In this document: in pieces, positions 49,901 through 59,374 of the stretch
Layout: the number at the start of each line of letters is the position of its first letter
Position numbering within the stretch: the first letter of the stretch is position 1
Assembly: GCA_965235115.1 (NCBI GenBank)
Contig: OZ249436.1
Span: 35,652,001 to 35,716,000 of the forward strand
Reading direction: 5' to 3'
Origin: Laetmonice hystrix
Lineage: Eukaryota
DNA length: 64,000 nt
Notes under the pieces: generated by a model
What the model was told of the DNA's origin: nothing
The model's database searches: none
What the model saw: the letters and a program-made list of their open reading frames with translations, nothing else
Program-made: the position numbers and the translations under genes

Positions 49901-52433
49901 TAACCCACTAAAATATGCATGTAATGGCTGAATTGGGTGAGATAAACTTTAGAAGGCAGGCGAAAACAGGCCTTAAAACTTCCAATTCATACAAAAAACA
50001 AGATTTACCAAGAATAGCAACTGACCTCGATAGCCAACAAATCCTTGAGACCTTTTAGTCTCGGACGGGGGGATGAAGGTACCAATAATGAAGTCAGCTA
50101 TAGCTACAAGCAGGATCCCCAGCAAGACAATTTGTGCCTGCAAAACATGACGTTACAACGTTAGCGTTCACCGACCAGGTGCTTCACAAACATCGCTATC
50201 TCGGTAAATGAGACATTACAAATAACTTTATCATAGATGTGAATTATTCTAACTAGTATCATTAAATTAATGCACCTTTACTCTCCCAAATGCTCTGAAG
50301 ATAGGTGCTTGCATTACTGTACGTACTAGACGACCCCAAGCACTCGGTGCACTCATAGACAAAAAGAATGCCTCTCATGTGGCATCCATTAAATAAGTCT
50401 TGCCAATGACAACTTGGGTGAAAAAAGCCCTATTGTAGCGGCTCTAGTAGCGCCTGGATCATTTCCAGCCATCCACTTGTTACTGAATCAGTGATACCCT
50501 GTTCTCACCCAATGTAGTACGTGCAAGCCTAGCCGGCTCAGATCTGGTGCGTGCACCATAACACCTTACAACTAACAAAAAACCATGCACTCAGTGTTAC
50601 TCTCAGCACAAACCGGTACCTTTTTAATGATTCAGAGTACATAAACCTTTTTTTAGTCTTGCTTTTGAAAAGAATTCCTCCCTGTCTGTATCTCCGTATC
50701 CGGCACAATGCGACCGGGCTACCCTCAAGTGCCTCCCATTCCATCCATACCAATATGACAGGCTCACTCACCCGCGCCTCCCATTCCATACCAATGATAG
50801 CGATTCCCAGTAGTAACACCACAGTCACCATTCCTATGATTCGCACATCGTTGATCTCATCAACCATCAACATGTTATATTCCTGAAACACAAAATCACA
50901 CGATACCGTACATTGTGCTGCTTCTAGGAATTTTTTAAAAGGGGCCAGATCCCCCACTGACTTTCAAAAGATTCGACCATCAGAATTTTTTTTTGGGGGG
51001 GGGGCCAAGTTTGATGAATCAATTTCAACTGACTGCATGAATCACAGAAAACAAACAGAAACTGCTTCTAACAATATTCCGTAACTTTTTAGCAGAGCAC
51101 TGTTCCCTAAACTTAGTCTTGGCTTTATTGAATCATTAATACTGCTATAGACCAACCAATGGCCAAAGTTCCGGTCTATATCAGAGCACAGCTTATTATA
51201 TAGAAAAAGAATAAGGCACTGTCCTTAATGTCCACTCACCTTTAGAATGTCTCTTATTGTTTCTGCAAACCCTACTACATACATGGCGACAGCGACTGCA
51301 TTTGCTACTGAAAAGATGAGCCCTATGGCCCCACCAAACTCTGGCCCCAGACTCCGAGATATCATGAAGTAGGCACCCCCTGTCGTGGGAAAAAACAGAC
51401 TTGACAAAAAATAGGCTACACCTGTCTGATGATCAGTACAGTATACTGGTATTTGGATCTCTCTAGAAATCCTCTCTACAAATCAGATGATGATCAGATG
51501 ACAAATAACACTGTACATTAAACTAAAAGTAATCATAACACAGTACTATCTAATCTTGCTGAAAGAAATATTCCCTGAAGGAATGCATCCCTGAGTACAT
51601 ATTGGTGTTTCTGATTAACAAGAAAACAGGTACCAAGCTTTTTCAGCTAAACTCAAGTTGGTTCTGTGAAACGGATGACCTCCTATTATCCACAGCCCCC
51701 ACTAAAGAAACCTATTTTGTAGGAAAGTGTTTGAGGTGGTCACGATATTGCTTGCAGTAGACAAAACCGTTGAAGGTTTTGAGATGGGTGTTTGACCTCT
51801 CACCTCCCTTCACCTCGCCGTTTGTACAGATGGCCGACATGGACAGTGCCGTGATCGTAGTGACGACGGCTGACACCAGGATGATCGCAGCCGACAGTGC
51901 CATACCGGCCTGGCCCACCACCCACGACAGTCTCAGGAACAGCATCACACCCCAGATGTTCAGCAAACATCGTACCTGTAATAACCAATCAACAACCAGT
52001 ATCAGTTCTACACCAGTCTCTCATTCAAACGTATGCCCGAGCCAAGACAGTGATTCCCTTTCAAGAATAGGAAAGATATGTGTCCCCAGTCTGATGTACA
52101 AGTTAAGGTCAGATTGTATTTAAACAAAATGCATCTAATTAATGTCTTAGGAGCCGCGCTCAATCATATAATTACTTCTCTTAAATGATGATAATCAAAA
52201 GTAAATGACTCCGAATCTAAATAATTTCTTTCCAAAAGGAAATTTATCACTATAAATCCTCAAATTGAAGACGAAATCTACCATTCAGAAGAATTTGTCA
52301 ACCTTACCAGCACTCCTTTCACCCAGCCGAACTTAGGCCCCAGCTGGCTGCCCTTGCCCTCTTCCACCACCTCTGTACCTTTGGTGGCCACATGACCATT
52401 CTCCGCCTCCACCAGCGGGTTCTCCTCATCCTC
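35019..52433 (-). CDS. SLC12A2: Na-K-2Cl cotransporter, NKCC1/SLC12A2-like (multi-exon; N-terminal exon not located)
   Basis: Exons 52308-52433, 51804-51975, 51240-51379, 50772-50882, 50026-50137, 49681-49808, 47784-48086, 47320-47427, 46864-46987, 46598-46699, 46212-46367, 46000-46099, 45739-45850, 45413-45556, 45007-45113, 44733-44830, (42439-42549), 38128-38316, 36898-37012, 36056-36142, 35691-35802, 35384-35451, 35019-35154. All GT-AG and phase-consistent, ~986 aa. Cation-chloride cotransporter motifs: [94 protein letters not shown]. Symbol denotes NKCC-subfamily homology, not proven 1:1 orthology. Confidence 0.95.
35384..35451 (-). CDS. SLC12A2: SLC12A2-like exon ([22 protein letters not shown])
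   Basis: GT-AG, 68 nt. Confidence 0.93.
35691..35802 (-). CDS. SLC12A2: SLC12A2-like exon ([11 protein letters not shown]...[15 protein letters not shown])
   Basis: GT-AG, 112 nt. Confidence 0.92.
36056..36142 (-). CDS. SLC12A2: SLC12A2-like exon ([13 protein letters not shown]...KKPSGE)
   Basis: GT-AG, 87 nt. Confidence 0.93.
36209..36550. mobile_element. Kolobok-like MITE family B, copy 2 (SLC12 intron)
   Basis: TTAA TSD, inverted relative to 17589-17928. Confidence 0.85.
36555..36857. mobile_element. Kolobok-like MITE family C
   Basis: TIR AGATAAACCGGCGT, TTAA on both sides; the left TTAA is shared with family B copy 2. Confidence 0.8.
36898..37012 (-). CDS. SLC12A2: SLC12A2-like exon ([23 protein letters not shown]...DRDQR)
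   Basis: GT-AG, 115 nt. Confidence 0.93.
36994..37201. repeat. 52-bp tandem repeat x4 spanning an SLC12 splice acceptor
   Basis: GGGATCAGCAGGGTAAGGCCTACAAGTAAACCCAGCATGAATCTCAATGTTT. Confidence 0.9.
37236..37900 (+). mobile_element. 5'-truncated LINE (CR1/L2 group) 3' end, antisense within an SLC12 intron
   Basis: ORF 37249-37716 ILPYIEYG...KLQVIQN.GLKI...WNNLP..IR.....FKSEIK matches the post-RT C-terminus; AATAAA and ~30-nt poly(A) to 37900; possible TSD ATGATAC. Confidence 0.85.
38128..38316 (-). CDS. SLC12A2: SLC12A2-like exon (...[17 protein letters not shown])
   Basis: conserved motif, GT-AG, 189 nt. Confidence 0.92.
42439..42549 (-). CDS. SLC12A2: Probable SLC12A2-like variable-region exon ([15 protein letters not shown]...ATVTTP), possibly a cassette exon
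   Basis: tctctgtag| acceptor, cag|gtaaaa donor, 111 nt, phase 1-1 matching both flanking exons, no stop, Ser/Pro-rich. Confidence 0.65.
43753..43874. mobile_element. Harbinger-like MITE
   Basis: GGCCTGGTTCACAAAGC / GCTTGTGAACTGGGCT, CTG TSD. Confidence 0.65.
44733..44830 (-). CDS. SLC12A2: SLC12A2-like exon ([21 protein letters not shown]...)
   Basis: GT-AG, 98 nt. Confidence 0.92.
45007..45113 (-). CDS. SLC12A2: SLC12A2-like exon ([20 protein letters not shown]...)
   Basis: GT-AG, 107 nt. Confidence 0.93.
45413..45556 (-). CDS. SLC12A2: SLC12A2-like exon (EDMDEENKK...[11 protein letters not shown]...GAQALLQ)
   Basis: GT-AG, 144 nt. Confidence 0.92.
45739..45850 (-). CDS. SLC12A2: SLC12A2-like exon ([17 protein letters not shown]...LMVCGHVIK)
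   Basis: GT-AG, 112 nt. Confidence 0.93.
46000..46099 (-). CDS. SLC12A2: SLC12A2-like exon (INWGSSTQA...EHVKNF)
   Basis: GT-AG, 100 nt. Confidence 0.95.
46212..46367 (-). CDS. SLC12A2: SLC12A2-like exon ([11 protein letters not shown]...YVHYRKP)
   Basis: TM11-12, GT-AG, 156 nt. Confidence 0.95.
46598..46699 (-). CDS. SLC12A2: SLC12A2-like exon ([33 protein letters not shown])
   Basis: TM10 motif, GT-AG, 102 nt. Confidence 0.95.
46864..46987 (-). CDS. SLC12A2: SLC12A2-like exon ([10 protein letters not shown]...[15 protein letters not shown])
   Basis: GT-AG, 124 nt. Confidence 0.95.
47320..47427 (-). CDS. SLC12A2: SLC12A2-like exon ([15 protein letters not shown]...SAPKVFQ)
   Basis: TM8 motif, GT-AG, 108 nt. 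Confidence 0.95.
47784..48086 (-). CDS. SLC12A2: SLC12A2-like exon ([14 protein letters not shown]...[10 protein letters not shown])
   Basis: TM7 and extracellular loop, GT-AG, 303 nt. Confidence 0.95.
49681..49808 (-). CDS. SLC12A2: SLC12A2-like exon (...[26 protein letters not shown])
   Basis: TM6 motif, GT-AG, 128 nt. Confidence 0.95.
50026..50137 (-). CDS. SLC12A2: SLC12A2-like exon ([21 protein letters not shown]...GFVGYR)
   Basis: GT-AG, 112 nt, not in ORF track. Confidence 0.92.
50772..50882 (-). CDS. SLC12A2: SLC12A2-like exon ([17 protein letters not shown]...GMEWEAR)
   Basis: conserved motif, GT-AG, 111 nt. Confidence 0.95.
51240..51379 (-). CDS. SLC12A2: SLC12A2-like exon ([16 protein letters not shown]...DILK)
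   Basis: conserved motif, GT-AG, 140 nt. Confidence 0.95.
51804..51975 (-). CDS. SLC12A2: SLC12A2-like exon ([18 protein letters not shown]...TNGEVKG)
   Basis: TM1-2 motifs, GT-AG, 172 nt. Confidence 0.95.
52308..52433 (-). CDS. SLC12A2: SLC12A2-like exon (EDEENPLVE...KFGWVKGVL)
   Basis: cag| acceptor, |gtaagg donor, 126 nt. Confidence 0.9.
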
Positions 52434-52448
52434 CTGGCGACAGAGACG

Positions 52449-52890
52449 TGCACATCAATGTCCTATACACACGTTCACAACATCAATGTCCTATACAAAC
52501 GTTCACAACATCAATGTCCTATACAAACGTTCACAACATCAATGTCCTATACACACGTTCACAACATCAATGTCCTATACACACGTCCACAACGTCAATG
52601 TCCTATACATGTACTCACGTTCACAACATCAATGTCCTATACACACGTTCACAACATCAATGGCCTATACAAACGTTCACAACATCAATGTCCTCTACAA
52701 ACGTTCACAACATCAATGTTCTATACACACGTTCACAACATCAATGTTCTATACACACGTTCACAACATCAATGTCCTATAGACACGTTCACATCATCAA
52801 TGTCCTATACAAACGTTCACAAAATCAATGTCCTATACACACGTTCACAACATCAATGTCCTATACACACGTTCACAACATCAATGTCCA
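52449..52890. repeat. 28-bp minisatellite, ~16 copies
   Basis: unit CACAACATCAATGTCCTATACACACGTT; explains ORFs 52392-53015. Confidence 0.92.
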
Positions 52891-54951
52891 GTAAAAATCC
52901 ACAATACAGGTTCCCTAGAAAATACACAACCTTTATGTCCCATACAAAATTTGCGCAACATCAATGTCCCAAACTACTTTTGGGAGGGGGGGGGGGGGTT
53001 TATGGTTACAAGTGAATACTACCATTAATGGGGGCTGCCCTTCTAATATTACTGCTGTGTGTATGGTAATTTTACAAGAATTAATCTTAATGCAAAAAAA
53101 AAACACATTCAGCTATCTATCTATCTTTCTATTATGCAACATCTAATTGGAATTACATTTATGTTTTTTACAAAGTATCAGTTTCTGAAAAGACAACAAG
53201 TAGACACCCTAAAAATTTATATTGACTTTAGAAAAATTCATCAGTTCTAATAGATAAGCATCTGTCCAGAACTACACAACATATTTATGACTTTTATTCA
53301 AATATTGATCAAACTTGTTCATGCCTCTATGTGGCCCGAATTGAGGAGTCTTATAAAGATTATAATCTTTCACCTCCTACTTAACCATTTTATCTCTCAA
53401 TAACAATGTCACATAAAGCTGCAGTTCTCTCATCAGTACCAAGCAACCTTCAGTCGGTAACTATGCAGAGTCAACCTCATATTATCACTCACAGATGGAA
53501 GCACGGTCGACCGCCAAATACTGCAGGACGGTATCATAGTTACCGGTACATGTACTGTAATTAGTCCGCAGTTCTGCTCTACAAAGAATGGCGCCGTTAC
53601 TGGGCTGGAGAGATTAGCATCTGGGTCAATGGCTATTCCATTAAAAAGAAATTACGGGATCCAGCGAGTTGTTGAACAGACCCGAGGTTAAAAATGTATG
53701 CAGAGAAAGCCAGAACCACAGGTTAGATGACATGTACTCAACTGTAGACCTGTGTGATATGGCTAGATCCGGTAAAGGCCACTGCCTGTGGCCGTGACTG
53801 TCTCTCTTACCCTAATTAGTGGCAGCCACGGCACCAGGGAGTGGTATATATACCGGATCTAGCCATGTCACATTTATATCATAATTATCATCTAACTATT
53901 TATTTTTTAAGCAAGCTTTTAGGAAATCAGCGATTGTGATACTAATTTTGCAATCCTTCTGAAGATTCAGATTGGTGTTTGTCTAAAAGCCAAAACGGTG
54001 TATTTCTGTCTGGTGGGCATCTTTGGGTCCAATGTACAGATAAGTTCTCTGCTAGACTGTGTCTGAGTGGTCCATAATATTTCGGTCACATCACAGTAGT
54101 TGAAAGATGCTAATATTTAAAACATCAGAGTTCTCTATGTCCTGCTGTCGATCACAACATGAATCACGCCACTGCAGTAGCCGGCCCAGTTGACATAACT
54201 ATCCAAAATGATGTTCAACATGCTCGTTGTGGCGTTAAATGCAATTAGTCAATTACAAATTAGGTTTGTACAACTCTAATGGCGAGTGACATTTAGGATG
54301 TCCTTGACATGTTTACTCCCTCCCTCGTCATGACCTTAGCATGCTGCACTCATGCAGAGTCCAAATCATATTATGTGTAACTGTATACAAAATGGGCCCT
54401 CATGGGTCGCGTCCTTTCGTTTTGAATCTATCCGAAGGTTGCAATACGTGTCAGACCTATTTTTCATCAAACGCCTACATAATACGTAATGCCTCATTCC
54501 TAAATGTCTAGGAAAGCTCCAAATAATGACATTCTGATGCAATTAAATAGGATGACAAATAGGATTAATAATACTCATGCGTTCTCCGACGCTGTCAGAT
54601 GGTTGCTATGACAATGCAATTAAAGGTATACACATGTCCTGACAAGGCTGGGAAAGTGATGGCGCAGTGACTGGTACCGTGGTCACCATCACATATTACC
54701 TGCCAAAACGGGATCTGGTGAAAATAAAATCCTCACCATTTGAGGAGGGTCTAAATACTTGGGAGTGTTATTCAAATGCAAAGTATCGAGCTACGTTTTC
54801 TAAATCATATTCATGCATGTTTTTTAGGACTGAAAGAGGGGAAAAATAGAAATACATCGACTTCAGTATAATTGTACTGGTAGTGATCGTGAGGCTTTAA
54901 ATTTATTTAAAAAAATGAAGGATCACTTTTGTATCTGCTATTCTTCCTCGG

Positions 54952-55118
54952 CAGTAGCGTACCAAGGGGGGGTGCTTGGGGTGCTCAAGCACCCCCCTCA
55001 ATTTGCCCATTTTTTCCGGCGCTTGTTGATAGGCATAGCCCCCTCCCAATTTGCAGCGCCTACGATGTTGGTTATAAATTTTCAGCACCCCCGTGTCCAG
55101 TTTCTGGGTACGCCACTG
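54952..55118. mobile_element. hAT-like MITE with 5-bp TSD
   Basis: CAGTAGCGTACC / GGTACGCCACTG, TSD CTCGG. Confidence 0.75.
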
Positions 55119-58100
55119 CTCGGCACGGGCTAAATGGAAACTCGGGTCTCTTCTATACTCCACATTCCTTCAGTTCTTATACCGCTGTCATTTTGGTGAG
55201 CGGTGACTGCCTGGAGGACTTTCCTCAATTACTTCTGACATATATATATACAACGTATTGATACTTAAAGTAGTCAGGGCTATAGCAGATTGAAACTGTG
55301 CAACAACCCGCATCTGCCCATAGGTGAAGGGTTCAGATATGAGTAGACCGTGGATTAAAAAAAAACTTTGATCATATCTCATTTGGATGAGGTTGCGTTG
55401 ATATAAAAGACATTGTGGCACCAGAAATAACCTACATGGAATGATTACATTAAAACGGTAAGGTTTCAGCCATTGTTCTCACAACAAGTACCCCTACCGC
55501 TGCCCCCATTGACTGCAGACAGTCTTGTACAATTGTAACCTTTCAGTTGGCTGCTGGCTTCCACCGATTCCCATTCCGCTCCATGCTCACGAACCAGTCT
55601 GACCTTAACTTGTCTTTCACAGCCATGCTATTACCGTAATGCAACAGTCACCAGACAACAACTGTATAGCCAATGATTGATCTTTTATTTCAAGCACAAA
55701 CAACATTATTCACTATCATCACTATCTGCGACTTTAACATTGTCATTATGTAACAATGGTAGGAGCTTATTCAGGAACTGGTCGTTTGGGCACACTGATC
55801 AATGCACTTATTTGCGGTAGGTTATATGTCAAATAGGTGCACTGTATTATATATTTATAATAATAAGACTGACATCATATTTCCCCATCTGGATAGACAT
55901 AGTTATGCATGTACTCTCCCATGACATTGCTGACCGAACTCATATTTCATAAATGAGCTTATTTCAAATCTGTATTGCCATCAGAACCTAATGATCGGGG
56001 GTTCTGGGCTAAATATATAGTTTAAGAACTGGTTAAAATTCTCGTTATTTCGTAGATCTATGTTGCGTATAGATCACATTTGGTCAGAATTCTTTTTACT
56101 CTCCAGCCAATCCTAGCCTGCTAAAGGATTCCTAACTGATTAAAACCTACAGTACCAGCGTGACTGGCAACAAGATCTCCTCATGTAATAATAGCACGAT
56201 AGCGTGACATTCCAATATGTACTCTGACATTACTTTCCTGGTAGAAGCAACGATTGTCTTTTCCGCTCGTTCTCTCACACCCATTCTTGGAATGGAGGTG
56301 ACTGTTGCCTCAGTGATATTTTAATATTTCTGCTGACACGAGAATCTTTAGGAATCACTCCCCAAGCAGAGGTCGTTCATCCCGTTGTGCACTCCGTGGA
56401 GCAAACCCTCTGCATCATGCTTCATGGGAGACTGCTTTAGGAATATGTGAAACAGTTTACGAGTTAGCGAGGGACCAGTGGCAGAGTCCATGTCTGGCCA
56501 ACCCTTTCCGTCGCATCACGTTCCTACGTCTACATCCAAGCTGAACAGGCTGTTGAGTACCTTTCGCATGGCTGGGCAGGGCGTATGTCCTCTGCCGTTT
56601 TGGCCTGGTGGTGGAGACCTGTCATGTCGATTCCACCTGCCCCTAACTACCCTGCGGCCCCGACCCCAGCCGGCCAAACATCGGCCCGACGTGCAAACCT
56701 TCACTGACACGCGCCCAATCCAACTCCTCTCAAACGTCAACACTCAACATTAACCCTGCAACACCAGCCTTACTTCTACTAAATCGTTTTCAGTCTTAGA
56801 AAATGCTGGAATCATTGAATGAATAACACCAGCCTTCTACTAAATCGTTTTCAGGCTCAGAAAATGTTGGAACCATTGAATGAATAACACCAGCCTTCTA
56901 CTAAAGCCAGACATTACTCCAGATTTCATAAGCCATTTGCTTCTTATCCCCAATTACATTATCAACACTACGTAGCCTGTATTTCTCTAATAAAACAGTT
57001 GATTAATTGAATAAAACTACCTTGTGAAAACAAAAAGGAAACTGGTTCGGGCCGGTTCTGACATGGTGGTGGTAGAGGATATGAGCCTCCCGGACTACAA
57101 TTTAAACAGGCTAAAAGTTAGATCCTGAATGACTGTGCCCTACCCATTTGGCTCATGCATGACCTGTGTGCCCTTTCCCCGATGTCAAATACTCGGTCAG
57201 GTTTGGATCAGGGCGAGGGCTTAGACAAAAAAGGGCAGGATTTGTCTCGCCTTTCCATCTTCCTCCATTATCTTTTGTGTTTTCTCACGCGGGTTCCATA
57301 CGTTCATAATACAACATAATACGTTCCCACGTGGTTATGATAATATTACAACATATATGAGACAGAGTGACCTTTCTTTTAGCAGAGAATGCAGAGCATA
57401 AAATCGATCTTCACATTATTTTCATGAAAAGCTCTGGACTTTAACCCAGTCTTTCCAGATCTCTGATCAAATATCAAAGTTCCCGTAATCTCACAGACAC
57501 TTAGTCAAGTTGAAATATGTGTACAGAACTATCAGGGCATGTGGGGCTGTTCGACCTCCTATTTCCACTTGGTTGAAGGTCAACAATGGCGTCAATATGA
57601 CAGAATCAATCTTCGTTATAGGCCCTCCACTGCGTAGAAACTCCACCGTCTTAAGGGTAAGAAAACCTGAGGTGGTGCCAACAATGCAGGCCAACCTTTT
57701 TTCGCCGTCGCTACTCTTGAGGTCACCTCACCACTGCCTCGCTGAGATCTGTTACCAACTCACTTATTTTACACCGTAGCTAAAGTTTCTAGCGTCCACC
57801 TTGGGATTTTCCTATGGCTAAAAAATGTAGGGGGGGCCTAACTGTTTTTCCTTAGAGGCAAGTAAAAGTAAGATCAAATACCCGATAAGCCACTCATCAC
57901 CCATGGCCGGATCATAAATACCAATCAATGTTTACAAAATGACAGATCGCTGGCGGTGCTCGCCACCCGGGTTTGATTGATCCCAGATAAACGGTCAATA
58001 TTGCCCATCATTTTAGCAGATCTAATCTTTCACTCAATCCCCGGATCTGATTGACACTAATTCCTGTCTGCAGAGTCGGCAGTTTCCATGCTCTCCCTCC

Positions 58101-58669
58101 TCCGGCAGGGACCAAGGCTTAGAATGATCTTCTGTCCTACCACTGGCTGTAAGAGAAGGCAAAGGGTGCGAGTATTGGTGCAGGGAAGTGGTGTAGTGTC
58201 GAATTGCAGAACCATCCGCATGGCATAGGGAAGTTTGCATCTTTACAGTACTCTGTCTATTTGGCTCTCTCCTGTGCTCCGCAACTGGGTTGCCAAGGCT
58301 TTCAGTTTGGTATGTCCAGACCTGTCTGCCTGCGAGGAGCATCTTTTTCGAAAAGATTAGGGGGTTTTCCCTGTGGCGGGGTTCTTTCTCAATTATCTCC
58401 ACCCTCCTCCTGGGACTTGGAGGTGACTGAACAAGTTTGCAAGTTTTTATTTTTGTCGTGAATATGGCTGAAATACTGCAGACATGTCGTAAAACCACCA
58501 ATTCACTCACTCAGAGGCCATGCAATACGCCAGACTTCTCTTGGCTACAAGTGATGCCGATAGTGGTCCCATAAGGGTGGTGCAGAGGGTACTTAACTCT
58601 CCCCCCACCTCCCGAAACGTCTCAAAATGTACGCAAGGTCTGACCTTCCAAATCCGAGTGAGAGAACTG

Positions 58670-59374
58670 GGCCCAGTTGCAAATGAACTTGCGTGCTGTC
58701 GTAAAGTTACGTATGGAAATGGGTTGCACCAACCATATCCGACGACATGTCGTAACTGGACATGTTCTATTTCCCTAATAGTTACAGATAGGCTTTTCAG
58801 GTCAAGCCATCGCAATGTGGAAAATCATGCGACAATCAAAACAGAAATTAATGAGAATGCCTCTCCGTATTAGGGAATGGGATGTTTCATTAACAATTGA
58901 AAATATGTACGGGAAATATGGATTACCCATAATATGTGTGTATTTTATATTATAAAATTTCACGTCGTTATGGTTGTGGACATACTTACTGACGTATTAG
59001 GGTGGTCAATATAAGGTGTCATTAGCCAGGGTAAGAAGGGGTAACCAGAATCACCCAGCAAAACTCCATTTGGAGTCTTTGGTAAGTCATGTTCGAAAGG
59101 TGGCACAAATCTAGAGATTTTGGGGACATTATACAAAACTAATTTGTACGACACTACTGGTTTAAACTGCAGTATTTGGCGTCTAATTCCACTCCCTAAC
59201 TGGCACTCCCCTCGGCCGTTGAGTCTCTTGGTACATTAAGTGATGTCGTAAGTGACGGACTTTAGTACATGCGTAAGAGTTTTTGGTGCAACGGGAGTTA
59301 CGACATGTCTTAGGGCTGTACTAAGTAGCGTATCTTATGATAAGCACTTGCGACACCTTTGGTGCAACCGGGCC
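58670..59374 (-). mobile_element. Internally deleted PIF/Harbinger transposon
   Basis: TIR GGCCCAGTTGCA / TGCAACCGGGCC, CTG TSD; transposase motif GVLLGDSGYPFLPWLMTPY (~59010-59070); possible Myb/SANT remnant RWLDLKS (~58795-58812). Confidence 0.8.

Noticed and set aside
52392..53015. 207-aa, 148-aa and 98-aa repetitive ORFs
   Set aside because: Produced by the 28-bp minisatellite, antisense within an intron.
58034..58510. 158-aa ORF next to the Harbinger remnant
   Set aside because: Outside the TIRs, no recognisable motif; possibly decayed TE sequence but not supportable.
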